This document shows positions 1 to 11,699 of a stretch of DNA of 64,000 nucleotides, one piece after another. Origin of the DNA: Mercenaria mercenaria (lineage: Eukaryota); assembly GCF_021730395.1 (NCBI RefSeq), contig NC_069372.1, forward strand, positions 62,911,754-62,975,753. Direction: 5' to 3'. Every line of letters begins with the position of its first letter. The stretch's first letter is position 1. Below the pieces are notes generated by a model, which searched no databases, was not told the DNA's origin, and saw only the letters and a program-made list of their open reading frames with translations. The position numbers and the translations under genes are program-made.

Positions 1-50
1 TGCTTCTGCTTCTTCTGCTGGTACTGGTACTGCTACTGCTACTGCTACTG
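1..50. repeat. (GCT)n / (GGTACT)n trinucleotide microsatellite
   Basis: tgcttctgcttcttctgctggtactggtactgctactgctactgctactgct read directly. Confidence 0.8.
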
Positions 51-861
51 CTAAAAGTGGTAGAACAGTATATTTCACTGTATTTCACTAAATAACAGTA
101 TATTTTACCTGTCTTTTAAGGGAAATCATCTAAAAATAAACTTTTACAAATATTCAGTTTTGATATTTCATTTGCATTAACAGGTCTGGTTTTAGCTTCA
201 AAATTAATTTTTCATCGAATTGTGTTGGTTAAGCTACAGACATCCTCTTAGCGTTTTCTCTTGAGTATTTTTATATATATGTATAATATGGATGGAATTG
301 TGTAATGTTTACGGAGAATTCAAATAAAAAAATTGCTATGGAAATGTTGATATTCAGAATCGAGCAAAAAACCCTACACATGTTGCATCTGCTGTTCATG
401 TGCTCGTGGTGTTAGGGTTGGTCGGTTTATGTGTTTCCCGCCAATCCAAATATTTTTAGGCTTGCCTTGAGTTTTTTATTCGAAATCTTTAAGCTAATAA
501 TTTGATATTTTATTAGTTAATTATGTTACAATTTTCTAAGTGCAAATGTATCTGAACATAACTTTTACTACATGTTGCATTTTCACTATCAAATGGTAAC
601 ATTATATTGGTTTTTCAATTTTTTATTTCACTTTAGAACAAATTAAACAATTAACAACATATACTATTCTATCTGACAATACAAATAGAAGATTATTCAG
701 TTATATATATCTATAGTTCTGAACTAAACGTTGTAACAATGACAGACAGTAATAGAAATAAAGGACATGTATTTTGTTTTTGTTCTAAAATGTTTTTCTC
801 TATGATGAATAATGGAAAATGATGATAAATGAAATGAAATGATGAGGAAATGTCGTGAAAA

Positions 862-1075
862 AGGAGAGGGTGTGTGTGTGTGGTGGGGGGTCTCTATTTG
901 TAATATAATGTAAAAAAAAAAACAAAGAGTAATCAGAGTAGAGTATTTGTTTTGCTCACAAATTATATATATACAAATACTCTACTCTGATTACTCTTTG
1001 TTTTTTTTACATTATATTACAAATAGAGACCCCCCCCCCCCCACCTCCCCACACACACACCCTCTCCTTTTTTAT
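862..1075. repeat. Long near-perfect inverted repeat (hairpin/foldback) with ~95 bp arms and a ~22 bp AT spacer
   Basis: The left arm gagagggtgtgtgtgtgtggtggggggtctctatttgtaatataatgtaaaaaaaaaaacaaagagtaatcagagtagagtatttgt is the reverse complement of the right arm acaaatactctactctgattactctttgttttttttacattatattacaaatagagacccccccccccacctccccacacacacaccctctcc. They differ only in homopolymer lengths. Confidence 0.8.
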
Positions 1076-1785
1076 ATATATCTATATTTGTACATTGTAT
1101 TTGGTACTGTTTATGCAACATCAAGAAATTATTTCCATTTCGCATTAAACGTGTCCGTTTTATTCTTTATGCTTGCAATTGTATATTCTATGTTTATTCT
1201 GTATTGAAGATATACTCTGAATAATTCAAAGCTTGGTGGAGATTTGCTGTATTTGCTTTTAACAATAAAATATTTTGCTAAAATTAGAATAAAATTAATA
1301 ATTTTTTGTTTGAGTTTCCCAATGTTTCCATAGAAACCTAGTGAAATAGTTTTAAAGTTAAAAGGGATATCTGCGATACTTTTTCTTGAAAGATATGTCT
1401 TAATATAAGGTTTGAATTGATTGGCATTCCCAAAACATATGTATAAATGTTTCTGGTGCCATTGAACAAAATTCACATATATTTGATGAAGATAGTTTAC
1501 ATTTGTATAGGAATACATTAGTTGGTGCTATTCACATTAAGTATTTATATTGAAATGTTCACAATCTGGTATCAATTGTACTTATAATGGGGTTAGTATA
1601 AATACTTTTCCAATTTAGATTGTCGTTTAAAAAAAGTGTTTCCCATTTTTGACTTCGGGTATTAGTAATTTTTTTCGCCCTCACTTGTAATTGGTAGAAA
1701 AGTTTATTTACTTGAGTATCCTGTTTTATTTTTGAAACCAAATATTCTTGCTGTACTATTGTATTTATGTCTTCATGTTATATCT

Positions 1786-2100
1786 CAGTTTCCAATTGGC
1801 TTTTACTCCCCCTATTATTTTATGATATAACATAAAATCACATTATGATATATCGTAAAGATTTTTAACGAAATCGAAGGAATAGAACTTTTTAAATCGG
1901 TAACATTATATTAGAACTAAAACTGTGAATTTAAATTTTGCTACATATATAAAGCATTTATTACAATTGAGTATATCTTAGGACAGAAATTCATGTTTTC
2001 TTGAACTGATTTCATCTTTCAGTTAAAATTACCATAATATTGTAGATATAATATTTATTTGAGTCAGCAAGACAACAACAAATAAACATATTATTTTCTA
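1786..2100 (+). repeat. ~315 bp direct repeat, copy 1 (copy 2 at 6177-6481), upstream of the LINE fragment
   Basis: ccaattggcttttactccccctattattttatgatataacataaaatcacattatgatata...caagacaacaacaaataaacatattattttc recurs almost base for base at 6177-6481. Confidence 0.85.
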
Positions 2101-4800
2101 TTCTCCGATGGTCACTCCGCCCTGACCTTAACCTTGAGTATCCCGGTTTCGGCGAACCGTGAAGTCACGCAAAGATCTGTCATTAGGAACGGTCCTCTCC
2201 TTAAACCCCCAAAATGGGAAAACGACAAAAATGATGCTTTTATTGCAAATTTGAATCAAGACGAGTTACACGAAATAAACGTAAAATTACGGGATCTTAC
2301 TATTAACCCTACGAAAAATGAAATAAATGAAATTGCGAATAGCATCGGAAAACTATTTAATGATTCAGCGATTAAAACTTTCAAACGAAACGAATTTCCG
2401 CAACATTCTTACAACGATCGAAATACGTCTTATCATAAACCATGGTTTGGGCCTCAGTGTAAAAAGGCGAGACGGAGATATCATATCGCGCGGAGAAAGT
2501 ATTTCATTCATAAAAACGATCAATATAAGTGTGAATTGAACCGTGCCAGTAAGACATATAAACAAACGCTAAACACGTATATTCATAAACACAGAACGCA
2601 CAACGAACGTAAGTTAATAGAGATGCACTCTAAACGGCCTAAAGATTTTTGGAAAGTCCTGCACAAATTAAATTCTTCCTCTACAGCCGAAAATACGCCC
2701 GATATTCAAACATTCTACGATCATTTTAAAAAAGTAAACGCCGAAAATATATACGAAGACACCGAGAATTTTGATATGTTAAATGTTCGTTTACAAAACA
2801 ACGAGGATTTGAACTGTAGAATCTCGAACGAAGAAATTAAAAATATGATAAATAAAAGTAATAATTCGAAAGCCGCGTCCCCCCAAGATTATATATACAA
2901 CGAATACATTAAAAGTACTAAGGAGTTTATGATCCCTATCTATTGCGACTTTTTTAATAAGATCTTTGACTCAGGTATTTTACCAGATAGTTGGTTAATT
3001 GGTACTATTATCCCAATATATAAGAAGAAAGGGTCCCCCCGGGATCCAGTAAACTATAGGCCAATAACTTTACTAAGTTGTTTAGGTAAAGTCTTTACTG
3101 CTATACTTAATGAACGAATTAATAACTTTTTGTTAAGAAATAAAATCCTCGACGAAAATCAGGCAGGCTTTAGGTCAAAATATTCAACAGCTGATCATGT
3201 TTTTACATTAAAATTTTTAATTGATAAAGTTAAAGCACAAAAGAAAAGGTTGTTCTGCTCTTATATTGATTTTTCAGTTGCCTTTGATAACATATGGCGG
3301 GTAGGTCTCTGGGAAAAACTACTTAAGACTGGCATTAATGGTAAACTTTTTCAGATCATCTATAATATGTACCAAGATATTAAGTCATGTGTATCTATCA
3401 ATAACAACATTTCTCCATTTTTCAAAAGCTTCTGCGGGGTCAGACAAGGGGAAAATCTTTCCCCTATCTTATTTTCTATCTATCTTAATGATCTGGAAGA
3501 CTATTTAGCTTCAAAAAACCAGGGTATTGATATTGAGAAAATTGATGACAATATAATATCTTATTTAAAATTGTTTGTGTTGTTATACGCAGATGACACT
3601 GTAATAATTAGTGAAAATCAAGATACATTTCAAAGTCTACTTAATGATTTTAACGATTACTGTGACCAGTGGAAAATGACCATAAACATGAATAAAACAA
3701 AAATAATTGTTTTCGGAACTAATAAACCAGACAAATATAAATTCTTTATTAACGGTAAACTTGTAGAAACGGTTAAAGAGTATAAATACCTGGGTACTTT
3801 GTTTTCGTCATCTGGCAGTTTTCTAAATGCTCGAAAATTGATTGCAAGCCAGGCAAATAAAGCCATGCACATCCTTTACACTAGAATTTATAACTTGGAT
3901 TTGCCACTAGACATTCAGTTGAAGCTTTTCGATCAAACAATTTTACCAATCCTTACATATAACTGCGAAATTTGGGGTTTTGAAAATCTGGATTTGATCG
4001 AAAAAATTCATAATGATTTTCTTAGGAAAATTACAAAAAGTAAAAAGAGCACGCCACTCTTTATGTTGTACGGGGAGTTGGGTCGGTATCCACTCGAGAT
4101 TATTGTCAAAACAAGAATGACTGGCTTCTGGTGCAAACTATTGACAGGTAGTTCCGATAAAATTTCTCGAATATGTTATGAAAATATGCTAAATTCTACT
4201 ATTAACTACAAATGGTTAAATTGTATCAAAAATATTTTAAATCAAACTGGTAAAACGTATATTTGGACGCACCAAGGAACAATAAATTTGACTCATACGG
4301 AAAAAAGTGTTTAAAGAACACTTATTGACCAGTTTATTCAGAAATGGCACGGGCAACTTGCAAATTCTTCAAAAGGTATTAACTATAGACTATTTAAAAG
4401 TGAAATTAAATTTGAACCATATTTAAGTATACTGCCAGACAACCTCCGTTACTCAATTTTTCATTTTAGGACGGGAAATCATAGGTTCCCTGTAGAAACG
4501 GGACGGTGGCGTAACTCAAACCTCCCATATGAAGCCCGTAAATGTAATTTGTGCAGTCTGAATGAAGTTGGCGATGAGTTTCACTACCTCTTTGTATGCC
4601 CATTTTTTTTGCATCCAAAGAAAACATTTTATACCAATTTATTACTATAAGAGGCCGAATACTTTGAAATTTAAGGACTTGCTTTCAACAGGACACTTAC
4701 ATCTCCTTAGAAATATAGCACTATTTGTACGTTGTATTATGCAACATTTTAAAATGCAAGTTAGATAGAATAGAAAAATGGAAGTGTATTTATTTTTAAG
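2101..4800 (+). mobile_element. 5'-truncated non-LTR (LINE, CR1/L2-like) retrotransposon fragment carrying the ORF2 RT domain and the C-terminal Cys/His tail
   Basis: RT motifs YRPITLL, QAGFRSKYSTADHVF, YIDFSVAFDNI, GVRQGENLSPILFSIYLNDL, LLYADDTVII and the C-terminal tail HFRTGNHRFPVETGRW...CNLC...DEFHYLFVCP are present. No endonuclease domain is present upstream. The element begins immediately after the 315 bp repeat. Confidence 0.85.
2134..4650 (+). pseudogene. LINE ORF2 (reverse transcriptase) interrupted by one in-frame TAA at 4312-4314; the same frame continues to a TAA at 4648-4650
   Basis: The track ORF 2134-4314 (726 aa, TTG start, frame open from 2086) and the post-stop sequence RTLIDQFIQKWHGQ...FHFRTGNHRFPVETGRW...CPFFLHPKK are in the same frame (4315 mod 3 equals 2134 mod 3). 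Confidence 0.8.
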
Positions 4801-6176
4801 GTGATGTCACTTTTTGAATTTCCGGTGAATAACAAAAAACCAAAGAATATTCAGTTCTTTCCAAAAACTGTTATATTATGATTCAACCAAATAGTTTCCA
4901 TTGTCTACCAGAAAGGAACAATTCTTATATCTTAATATTGAGATTTGATACCTTTATAACAGACAGTAAACTAAAACAATAGACATTCATATGTGACGTC
5001 GGTGAGCTCAACAAAGCAATTTCAAGCACATATATTAATGTGGAATGTAAAGTAAGTTACACACTACAATATCCGTCCAAGATACTTTCAAAAACAATGC
5101 ATTTTCAGAATAGAGAGATAAAAGTAATTTTGACAGCTCGTGAAAACTAATGACAAATTTTGACAGGTATATGATGACTCATGACCTAATTAATTTTTTT
5201 CTGTTATTTCTAACTTCCAGTTTGATTTTCAGAAAATGGGTATTCTTTATTGTAGCTTACAACTCGTACATTAAAACAATAAAAGAATATATTGTTACCT
5301 CACTGTCGTTTTGTCTATCCATCTCTCGTACGAATTCCTATTGTTTCAGTCATTTGTCAGTAATTAGAGCAACTCACAGTGTTGCAATCATACAAGACAC
5401 ATCCCTTATTTTCACATAGATATTGAGGATTTATCTAATGAGCACATGTATTGGAAACACAATTTCAATACCGACTGTGTATTGTAATAATGCTAAACTA
5501 TCTCAGCCGTGACATCTCCTTAACTCACCCGAACATGTGTATGTAATCCAAATTAAGAATATCGTCTTCAAAGAATTAGCATTTTTCACTTCATAAATCA
5601 TTCACATGAAATAAAGTCCCTTTTTTGTTTCGCTATAATTTTACTATATTGTTTTGAAATTATGTTCACAGAAACACTTGACACACTTTTTGTTCTATTT
5701 TAATCACTATCGAGAATGTCATTCATAAAACCCGCAGTAAGCGAGATTTTCGTGCAAAAGTACTATCGTAGCACGGTTGTAGATTTTTTTTTCCCCACGA
5801 TAACTGACCGTATTTTGGCATGGTCCATTAAATCCTGTCTGCGCATGTGTATTCAATATTGCTGTGTATACCTGTATTTTAGTGAGACTGACACTTATTT
5901 TTCTTTTACCTTTCTCTTAACTTAACTTTTTTGACATCTGTAATTATCTGTAATTTTAAGGCGATTAGGATGTATTTATTTGCAAGATAATTCCATCAAT
6001 CTGTAAACATTAACAATATGCTTTGTTGATGACAAAATAATTGTCCCCATGTTCATTACAGAAAATTATCTTATTGTATTATTGCTAACAAAAACCCACA
6101 CTTTATTTACTTTATTCAGTCATACTGTTACACTTTGTGACCTGACTTAAATAAAAGTAATTGTTGTTGTTGTTGT

Positions 6177-6481
6177 CCAATTGGCTTTTACTCCCCCTAT
6201 TATTTTATGATATAACATAAAATCACATTATGATATACCGTAAAGATTTTTAACGAAATCGAAGGAATAGAACTTTTTAAATCGGTAACATTATATTAGA
6301 ACTAAAACTGTAAATTTAAATTTTACTACATATATAAAGCATTTATTACAATTGAGTATATCTTAGGACAGAAATTCATGTTTTCTTGAACTGATTTCAT
6401 CTTTCAGTTAAAATTACCATAATATTGTAGATATAATATTTATCTGAGTCAGCAAGACAACAACAAATAAACATATTATTT
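6177..6481 (+). repeat. ~315 bp direct repeat, copy 2
   Basis: Near-identical to 1786-2100, with a few substitutions (tatatcg/tataccg, gtgaat/gtaaat). Confidence 0.85.
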
Positions 6482-7039
6482 TCGATGCTTTTCCAACCAC
6501 CTATGATAGTAGTTATATGAAATTAGGCACTGCCCCAATCAGGAATCTATCCGATTTCAACTCACCCCATTACATTTGAAAAGAACTATCTCAGATTGAG
6601 TAATGACAGCACGGAAGGACACATTTTTTATTTGCTAGAGGCATCGATCTACGCGTAAGAGAGGTATATATTTATTTATAAGAACAAAGCTCACTAGGTG
6701 TTTGTTATTTACAAGTGCACACTACGTGTATAAATGGTTTACCATATATCCATATTTGTAATGATGTGCAAGACGTTGCGGTTCCGACATGTTATGTGGA
6801 CGCTTATTAGGCACAAGGAAAAGCGTATTCTTCAAAACAAATAATCCAAAGTCAGAAGAGCGACGAAAATCGGTAAAATCGATTCCCTATTAACCAGTAT
6901 CAATATAAGAAGTATAATAAGCTGTAAAAGATACTAAGAATAAGAATGATCTTAGTTATAATAGCAGCCAAGTGAAACAAATCTTCAAACATATAACTCA
7001 AAATAATTCAAATGATAATAAAATATGTAAAAAAGACCA

Positions 7040-7070
7040 GGTGGGGTGGGGGGGGGGGGGGGGGGGGGGG
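7040..7070 (+). repeat. G30 homopolymer tract (C30 on the minus strand)
   Basis: ggtggggtgggggggggggggggggggggggg read directly. Confidence 0.9.
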
Positions 7071-7199
7071 GTTGTCTGCCAATGGTAACAATGAGCAAAG
7101 GGTTTTTGTCCGCGGCGGGTTTTGTCCTACAAGCATCATTGTTGTTAACATTCATATTTTTATGCCCCCAAAGGTGGGCATATTAAAATCGCACTGTCC

Positions 7200-7960
7200 C
7201 GTCCGTGCGTCTGGTAAATTCTTGTCCGGGCTGTAACTCTTCCATCCATGAAGGGATTTTTGGCATAAATGTTCACCATAATGAGACGAAATGTCACGCG
7301 CAAGACCCAGACCCCTAGCTCCAAGGTCAAGGTCACACTTAGAGGTTAAAAGTTAATATGGTCTGTTTCGTGTCCGGTCCATAACTCTGCCATCCATGAA
7401 GGGATTTTGAAAGAACTTGGCATAAATGCTAACCATAATGAGACGGCGTGTCATGCGCAAGACCCAGACCCCTAGCTCCAAGGCCAAGGTCACACTAACA
7501 AGTCAAAGCTTAACGGGGTATGTTTCGTGTCCGGTACATAACTCTGCCATTCATTAAGGGATTTTGAAATTACTTGGTATAAATGTTCACCATAATGAGT
7601 CGACGTGTCATGAGCAAGATCCAGACCCCTAGCTCCAAGGTCAAGGTCACACTTAGAGGTCAAAGGTTAACATGGTCTGTTTCTTGTCCAGTCCATAACT
7701 CTGCCATTGATGAAGGGATTTTGAAATTACTTGGCATAATTTTATTAAATGTTCCGTATAATGAGATGGGGTGTCATGTGCTAGACCCAGACCCCTAGCT
7801 CCAAGGTCAAGGGCACACTTAGAAGTCAAAGGTGTTTCTTGTCTGGTTCATAACTCTGCCATTTATCAAGGGATTTGAAAAAAAATTTGCACAAATTTTA
7901 ACCATATTGAGATGTTACACACTTACGACCGAGCCTCTTATGTCAAGGTCACAAAATTAT
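7200..7960. repeat. Tandem satellite with a ~155-160 bp unit (about 5 units); dispersed relatives at 38377-38595, 45630-45836 and 9240-9300
   Basis: The recurring unit is gtccggtccataactctgccatccatgaagggattttgaa...cataatgagacg.cgtgtcatgcgcaagacccagacccctagctccaaggtcaaggtcacactt. Track ORFs containing SSKVKVTL appear at three loci. Confidence 0.8.
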
Positions 7961-8277
7961 ATGTGATTTTTTGCGAATACAACTGTGCCATTCTTGGGCC
8001 TACTTCGGGCGCATTTGTCACCAATAGTGACAGCTCTTGTTTATTCTTTCTATATATTCATATACTCTTTTGCAAAGAACTTCTCCCTTTATATAACAAT
8101 GTTAAATGTATAATATCTATATTATCAGTGTATTGTCATTTACTTCTTATCTAAGTGACATGTCAATAGCAGTAAGGTCACCAAAATGCTATTGACACTT
8201 ATGGATTGGTATGCTGGGATTATAAAAATAATCTATGTATAGATCATGTAAGGATAAGATAATACTGGTCTGTATCA

Positions 8278-8340
8278 CATTTCACAGTATTTCCCGGGAA
8301 TTCCTAGTATTTCCCGGGAATTCCCTGTATTTCCCGCCGT
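8278..8340 (+). promoter_or_regulatory. Three tandem 21-bp repeats carrying TTTCCCG(G/C) cores (TTCCCGGGAA and TTTCCCGCC, E2F/STAT-GAS-like), ~130 bp upstream of a putative coding exon
   Basis: cagtatttcccgggaattcctagtatttcccgggaattccctgtatttcccgccgtcc. Confidence 0.35.
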
Positions 8341-8494
8341 CCTGGAAAATATGAGTATATCCCGCTTTAATGCCTACCATGCGTAGTGTATTGTTAATTA
8401 TCCTGTTAATACTTATCAAATAATCCGAGTTAACAGCATCAAATCTGAATTTTGTTTTTTTACTACAGTTCTTCCAGAAAGGTCGCCATCTGAA

Positions 8495-8646
8495 ATGGAA
8501 ACGGAGAACGTGGAAACTGGGGATTCCGCCGACCCGGAGCCTCTGCCTGCTGAATCTTGGTTGTTCCCACGATACAGTTACATCCCATACGTATGGCGAG
8601 TTTCAGATCTACCAGTGAATGAGTTATACCCAGCAGAAATATCAGG
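8495..8646 (+). CDS. Putative coding exon (METENVETGDSADPEPLPAESWLFPRYSYIPYVWRVSDLPVNELYPAEIS) with the donor AG|GTAGGT at 8646/8647
   Basis: Only this frame is open across 8469-8646; the other two frames hit stops. A polypyrimidine/AG acceptor sits at 8468 and a consensus donor follows. Confidence 0.4.
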
Positions 8647-8904
8647 TAGGTGTTAGATTGACGTTAAGATTATACGAAAAAAAAAAGAAAATAGAACCAA
8701 CTCGGTTTAATAAAATGCATTAACCATTATCCTTATTGAGTATCAAACTAAAAAAAATAATAATAATAATATAGTTATAATGAAAATTTAAATAAGATGT
8801 ACAGCCCGATTTTCCCACTTTCCTCTATAAATTCATTTTACACAGAAACAGTGAGTACAATTTTGTAATATGAATTACACAGAAATACAACACCAAATCA
8901 TCAT

Positions 8905-9055
8905 GATTTGAGCCGTGCCATGAGCAAACCAACATAGTGGGTTTGCGACCAGCATGGATCCAGACCAGCCTGCGCATCCGCGCCGTCTGGTCAGGATCCA
9001 TACTGTTCGCTTTCAAAGTCTATTGCAATTAGAGAAACTGTTAGCTCAATAAAAC
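8905..9055. mobile_element. Half copy of a palindromic MITE family (full foldback copies at 13975-14205 and 20395-20635)
   Basis: gccgtgccatgagcaaaccaacatagtgggtttgcgaccagcatggatccagaccagcctgcgcatccgcg... Confidence 0.7.
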
Positions 9056-9540
9056 CAAGACGTATTACAGAAAAAAAAACTCAGTACATTTTGTATTTTT
9101 CAAGTATCTACAGAATATAAAGGTACAAAGCACCATGAAACATTTCAACAGTTGGAATATAATAGTGTAGAAGATAATAGGGCTATTAAACCACTACTGG
9201 TTGAAAACCAGTTTCAGAGACTATGGGATTGCGCTTTTTCGCCGTACGTCATTCTTTCCGTTATTCCGTACGTCTGACCGCGATTTCGTGTCCGGTCCTA
9301 AACTAATCAAGGGATTTTAAATTTTTAATACAATGTATTACTTGACACAAATGTGTTATATAATAATAACCAAGACACGGTGACGTAGTGGTAAGCTGAC
9401 TACTACGCACTTTACCACGAGTACAAAATCACCTCGGACCATTTTTTTTTTTAATTCAATGTAATCTTGTGATATTCTTTTGTGTGCATGTAGGTTATTT
9501 GCTGGTCAATAAAACAGAATGGTGGATTAATCTGCATCAG

Positions 9541-9826
9541 TGAAAATTGTATTCTTGCAGTCTCCAGAATGCGATTGTAATAGATTGAAATCTAAAAAGA
9601 ACTGTCTTAACCCCTTGATTACGCCCGAGACAGTGAACGAAGAATATGGAAGAATTACGGATTCTGAAATTGATACAGAGAATATCAGCGCATTGCCATC
9701 TGATGACGAAGATAGTGAAAGCATTAGCACGTATTACGATCACTGTAAAAAGATGGAAAACAGAATTTTGAAGTCAGAAAAGCGCCTTAAACAATCTTCC
9801 AAACATATACGAAAACTTGATATGGT
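9541..9826 (+). CDS. Putative coding exon (KIVFLQSPECDCNRLKSKKNCLNPLITPETVNEEYGRITDSEIDTENISALPSDDEDSESISTYYDHCKKMENRILKSEKRLKQSSKHIRKLDM) with the donor ATG|GTAAGA
   Basis: This is the open frame of track ORF 9540-9917 (GTG start in the track). It is phase-compatible with exon 8495-8646 (phase 1 plus tg gives GTG). An acidic DYYEDYFEWPDEEDDDYYADDYI tail is possible downstream. Confidence 0.35.
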
Positions 9827-10334
9827 AAGAAGCTATCGAACTTCGGTATGCCCTTTTCGATATAAGGATGCCTATACCTACCGCAAACTTCTCCGTTGCT
9901 GCTGGCGACTATTATGAAGATTACTTCGAATGGCCGGATGAGGAAGATGATGATTACTACGCTGATGATTATATATGATGAAATAAAAGTAGATAATGAC
10001 AATGATGATGATGACGATAATGATAATGATGATTTCTGTTTTGAGGAACACCTTTTATTTGTAAAACGCAAATACATTGGACACTGCTAGGTTTATTGGA
10101 GACACTGGACACTTGATACACTGTACCCTGTCATTTCTTATTGGTAACAAGTAATTTGAGCCTTAAACCACTGTTTATTTGTTTAATGTAAGTGACGTCT
10201 TCATCTAAAAGACTCTTCATTTAACACAGTGCACATTACTGCAGTATCTCGGGTTATTAAACCTGTGAGAATATCACATGCTGTAAAATACCAAACAGTA
10301 ATAGATTAATTATTTCATCAAGAGCGGGTACCTG

Positions 10335-10485
10335 GGTACCTGGTTAGAACCACCGACCTTCCGTAAGCAAGCTGGATGGCTTCCTCACATGAAGAATTTA
10401 ATGTCCCGAGTGAGGCTCGAACCCACGTCGATGACGAGCAAGTGATTTGAAGTCAGCGACCTTAACCAATCGGCTACGGAGGCCC
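10335..10485 (-). mobile_element. tRNA-derived SINE copy, inverted relative to the neighbouring copy
   Basis: The reverse complement reads ggggcctccgtagccgattggttaaggtcgctgacttcaaatcacttgctcgtcatcgacgtgggttcgagcctcactcgggac, with a box-A-like TRGCyrAtTGG and the box-B GGTTCGAGCC. Confidence 0.6.
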
Positions 10486-10514
10486 CAGTTATACATTTTA
10501 ATAGTGTACTGTTA

Positions 10515-10690
10515 AGCAAGATGGGCCTTCGTGGCCAAGTGGTTAAGGTCGCTGTCTTCGAATCACTTGCCCTCACCAATGTAGGTTCGAGCCTCACTCA
10601 GGGCGCTGAATTCTTTATGTCAGGAAGCCATCCGGATAGCTTATGAAAGGTCGGTGGTTCTACCAAAGTGCCCGCCCCTGATAGAATAAT
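10515..10690 (+). mobile_element. tRNA-derived SINE copy (tRNA-Ser-like head: gtggccaagtggttaaggtcgc...ggttcgagcc)
   Basis: gggccttcgtggccaagtggttaaggtcgctgtcttcgaatcacttgccctcaccaatgtaggttcgagcctcactcagggcg followed by ...gaagccatccggatagcttatgaaaggtcggtggttctacc, the same body as the inverted copy. Confidence 0.6.
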
Positions 10691-11379
10691 GCATGGAGGG
10701 GCACCGAGTTTTTTCCCACCATCGAAGCTGGAAAGTCGCCATATGATCTGTATGTCAATGCGACGTTAAAACCATCAACGAATGATCTTTAGTTTGCTGC
10801 GGCAAGTGATTTTGCCTTTGCGATCTGTACGGACTATGATCAGCCTGCGCATCCGTAATCAAAGTCTGCACTGTTTGCATATCAGTCAGTGAATTTACGA
10901 TGAACTACCCTTAAATGAAATTGCCCAAACTGAATGATCGACGTGTCCATTTTAGAAATTTATCGAGCTAATGGTTAAGGTATCTGCATGTCCAGGCCCT
11001 GTGTCGCATAAAACATTTTTCGGTCTCACCCGAGTTTGAAATTTTAATATCAATTTTACTAAAACTTCAAGGTTAGATTCCAACCGAGAGTGACAATCAA
11101 CATTGAATAGTCACTTGAAAATAGTTGTTTAGTTTTAACCATACCATTTAGATATCAAAGGCAAATAAAGTTTCACTATCAAACTCTGCTGAGACTGAAA
11201 ATGTTTTGTGATTATTTATCTTTCTCAAGTTTCACTTATTAACAGCTCTACGGGTTACAAGAGCTAAAAATGGAAATAATAGTTTAAAAAAAACTTCTTC
11301 GTATAAACTACCGGATGGATGCTCATCAAGCTGAGTTTGTAGCATCCTTAAAAAGACCTCTGTGTTGGTGCGCCATAAA

Positions 11380-11386
11380 ACCCAAA

Positions 11387-11412
<26 letters not shown>
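11380..11412. repeat. (TAAA)n microsatellite inside a dispersed motif tgtgttggtgcRccRtaaaacccaaa(taaa)n, which also occurs inverted at 21368-21425
   Basis: aaataaataaataaataaataaataaataaaaag; inverted partner cctttatttatttatttatttgggttttacggtgcaccaacaca. Confidence 0.8.
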
Positions 11413-11417
<5 letters not shown>

Positions 11418-11699
11418 AAAGACCTTTCTCAAGTTTGCTCAAGTCAATGGTCTTGCTTGACTGCACTTTTGAGCAGCCAAAAGAGACACCTTCCATTGGA
11501 CTTTTTCTTATGTACCTCTTGATGGATGCTCGTATATGATCCACAAATAGGTAAATGCAGATGATTTTTGTTATCATTTGAAAGAGTTGTGTCTGCTGAA
11601 CAATATTTAGTAAATAAAATGACTATAAATAATATGCATGAATCACTATAGACATTTTTGTGACTGTGAAATGATAAATCTTAAACTGTGATAACTGCC

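Noticed and set aside
947-1518. Track ORFs 947-1207 (+) and 1129-1518 (-)
   Set aside because: They lie in the hairpin and AT-rich low-complexity DNA, and have no splice signals or recognisable motifs.
4562-4768. Separate ORF 4562-4768 downstream of the RT
   Set aside because: It is out of frame with the true continuation; the real C-terminal Cys/His domain is in the RT frame (4315-4650) after a single stop.
7012-7236. ORF 7012-7236 containing a poly-Gly run
   Set aside because: The poly-Gly run is the translation of the G30 tract.
10515-10600. A genuine tRNA-Ser gene
   Set aside because: The D-arm and B box are tRNA-like, but there is no acceptor-stem complement and no anticodon-stem pairing, and the same body continues into SINE-specific sequence shared with three other copies.
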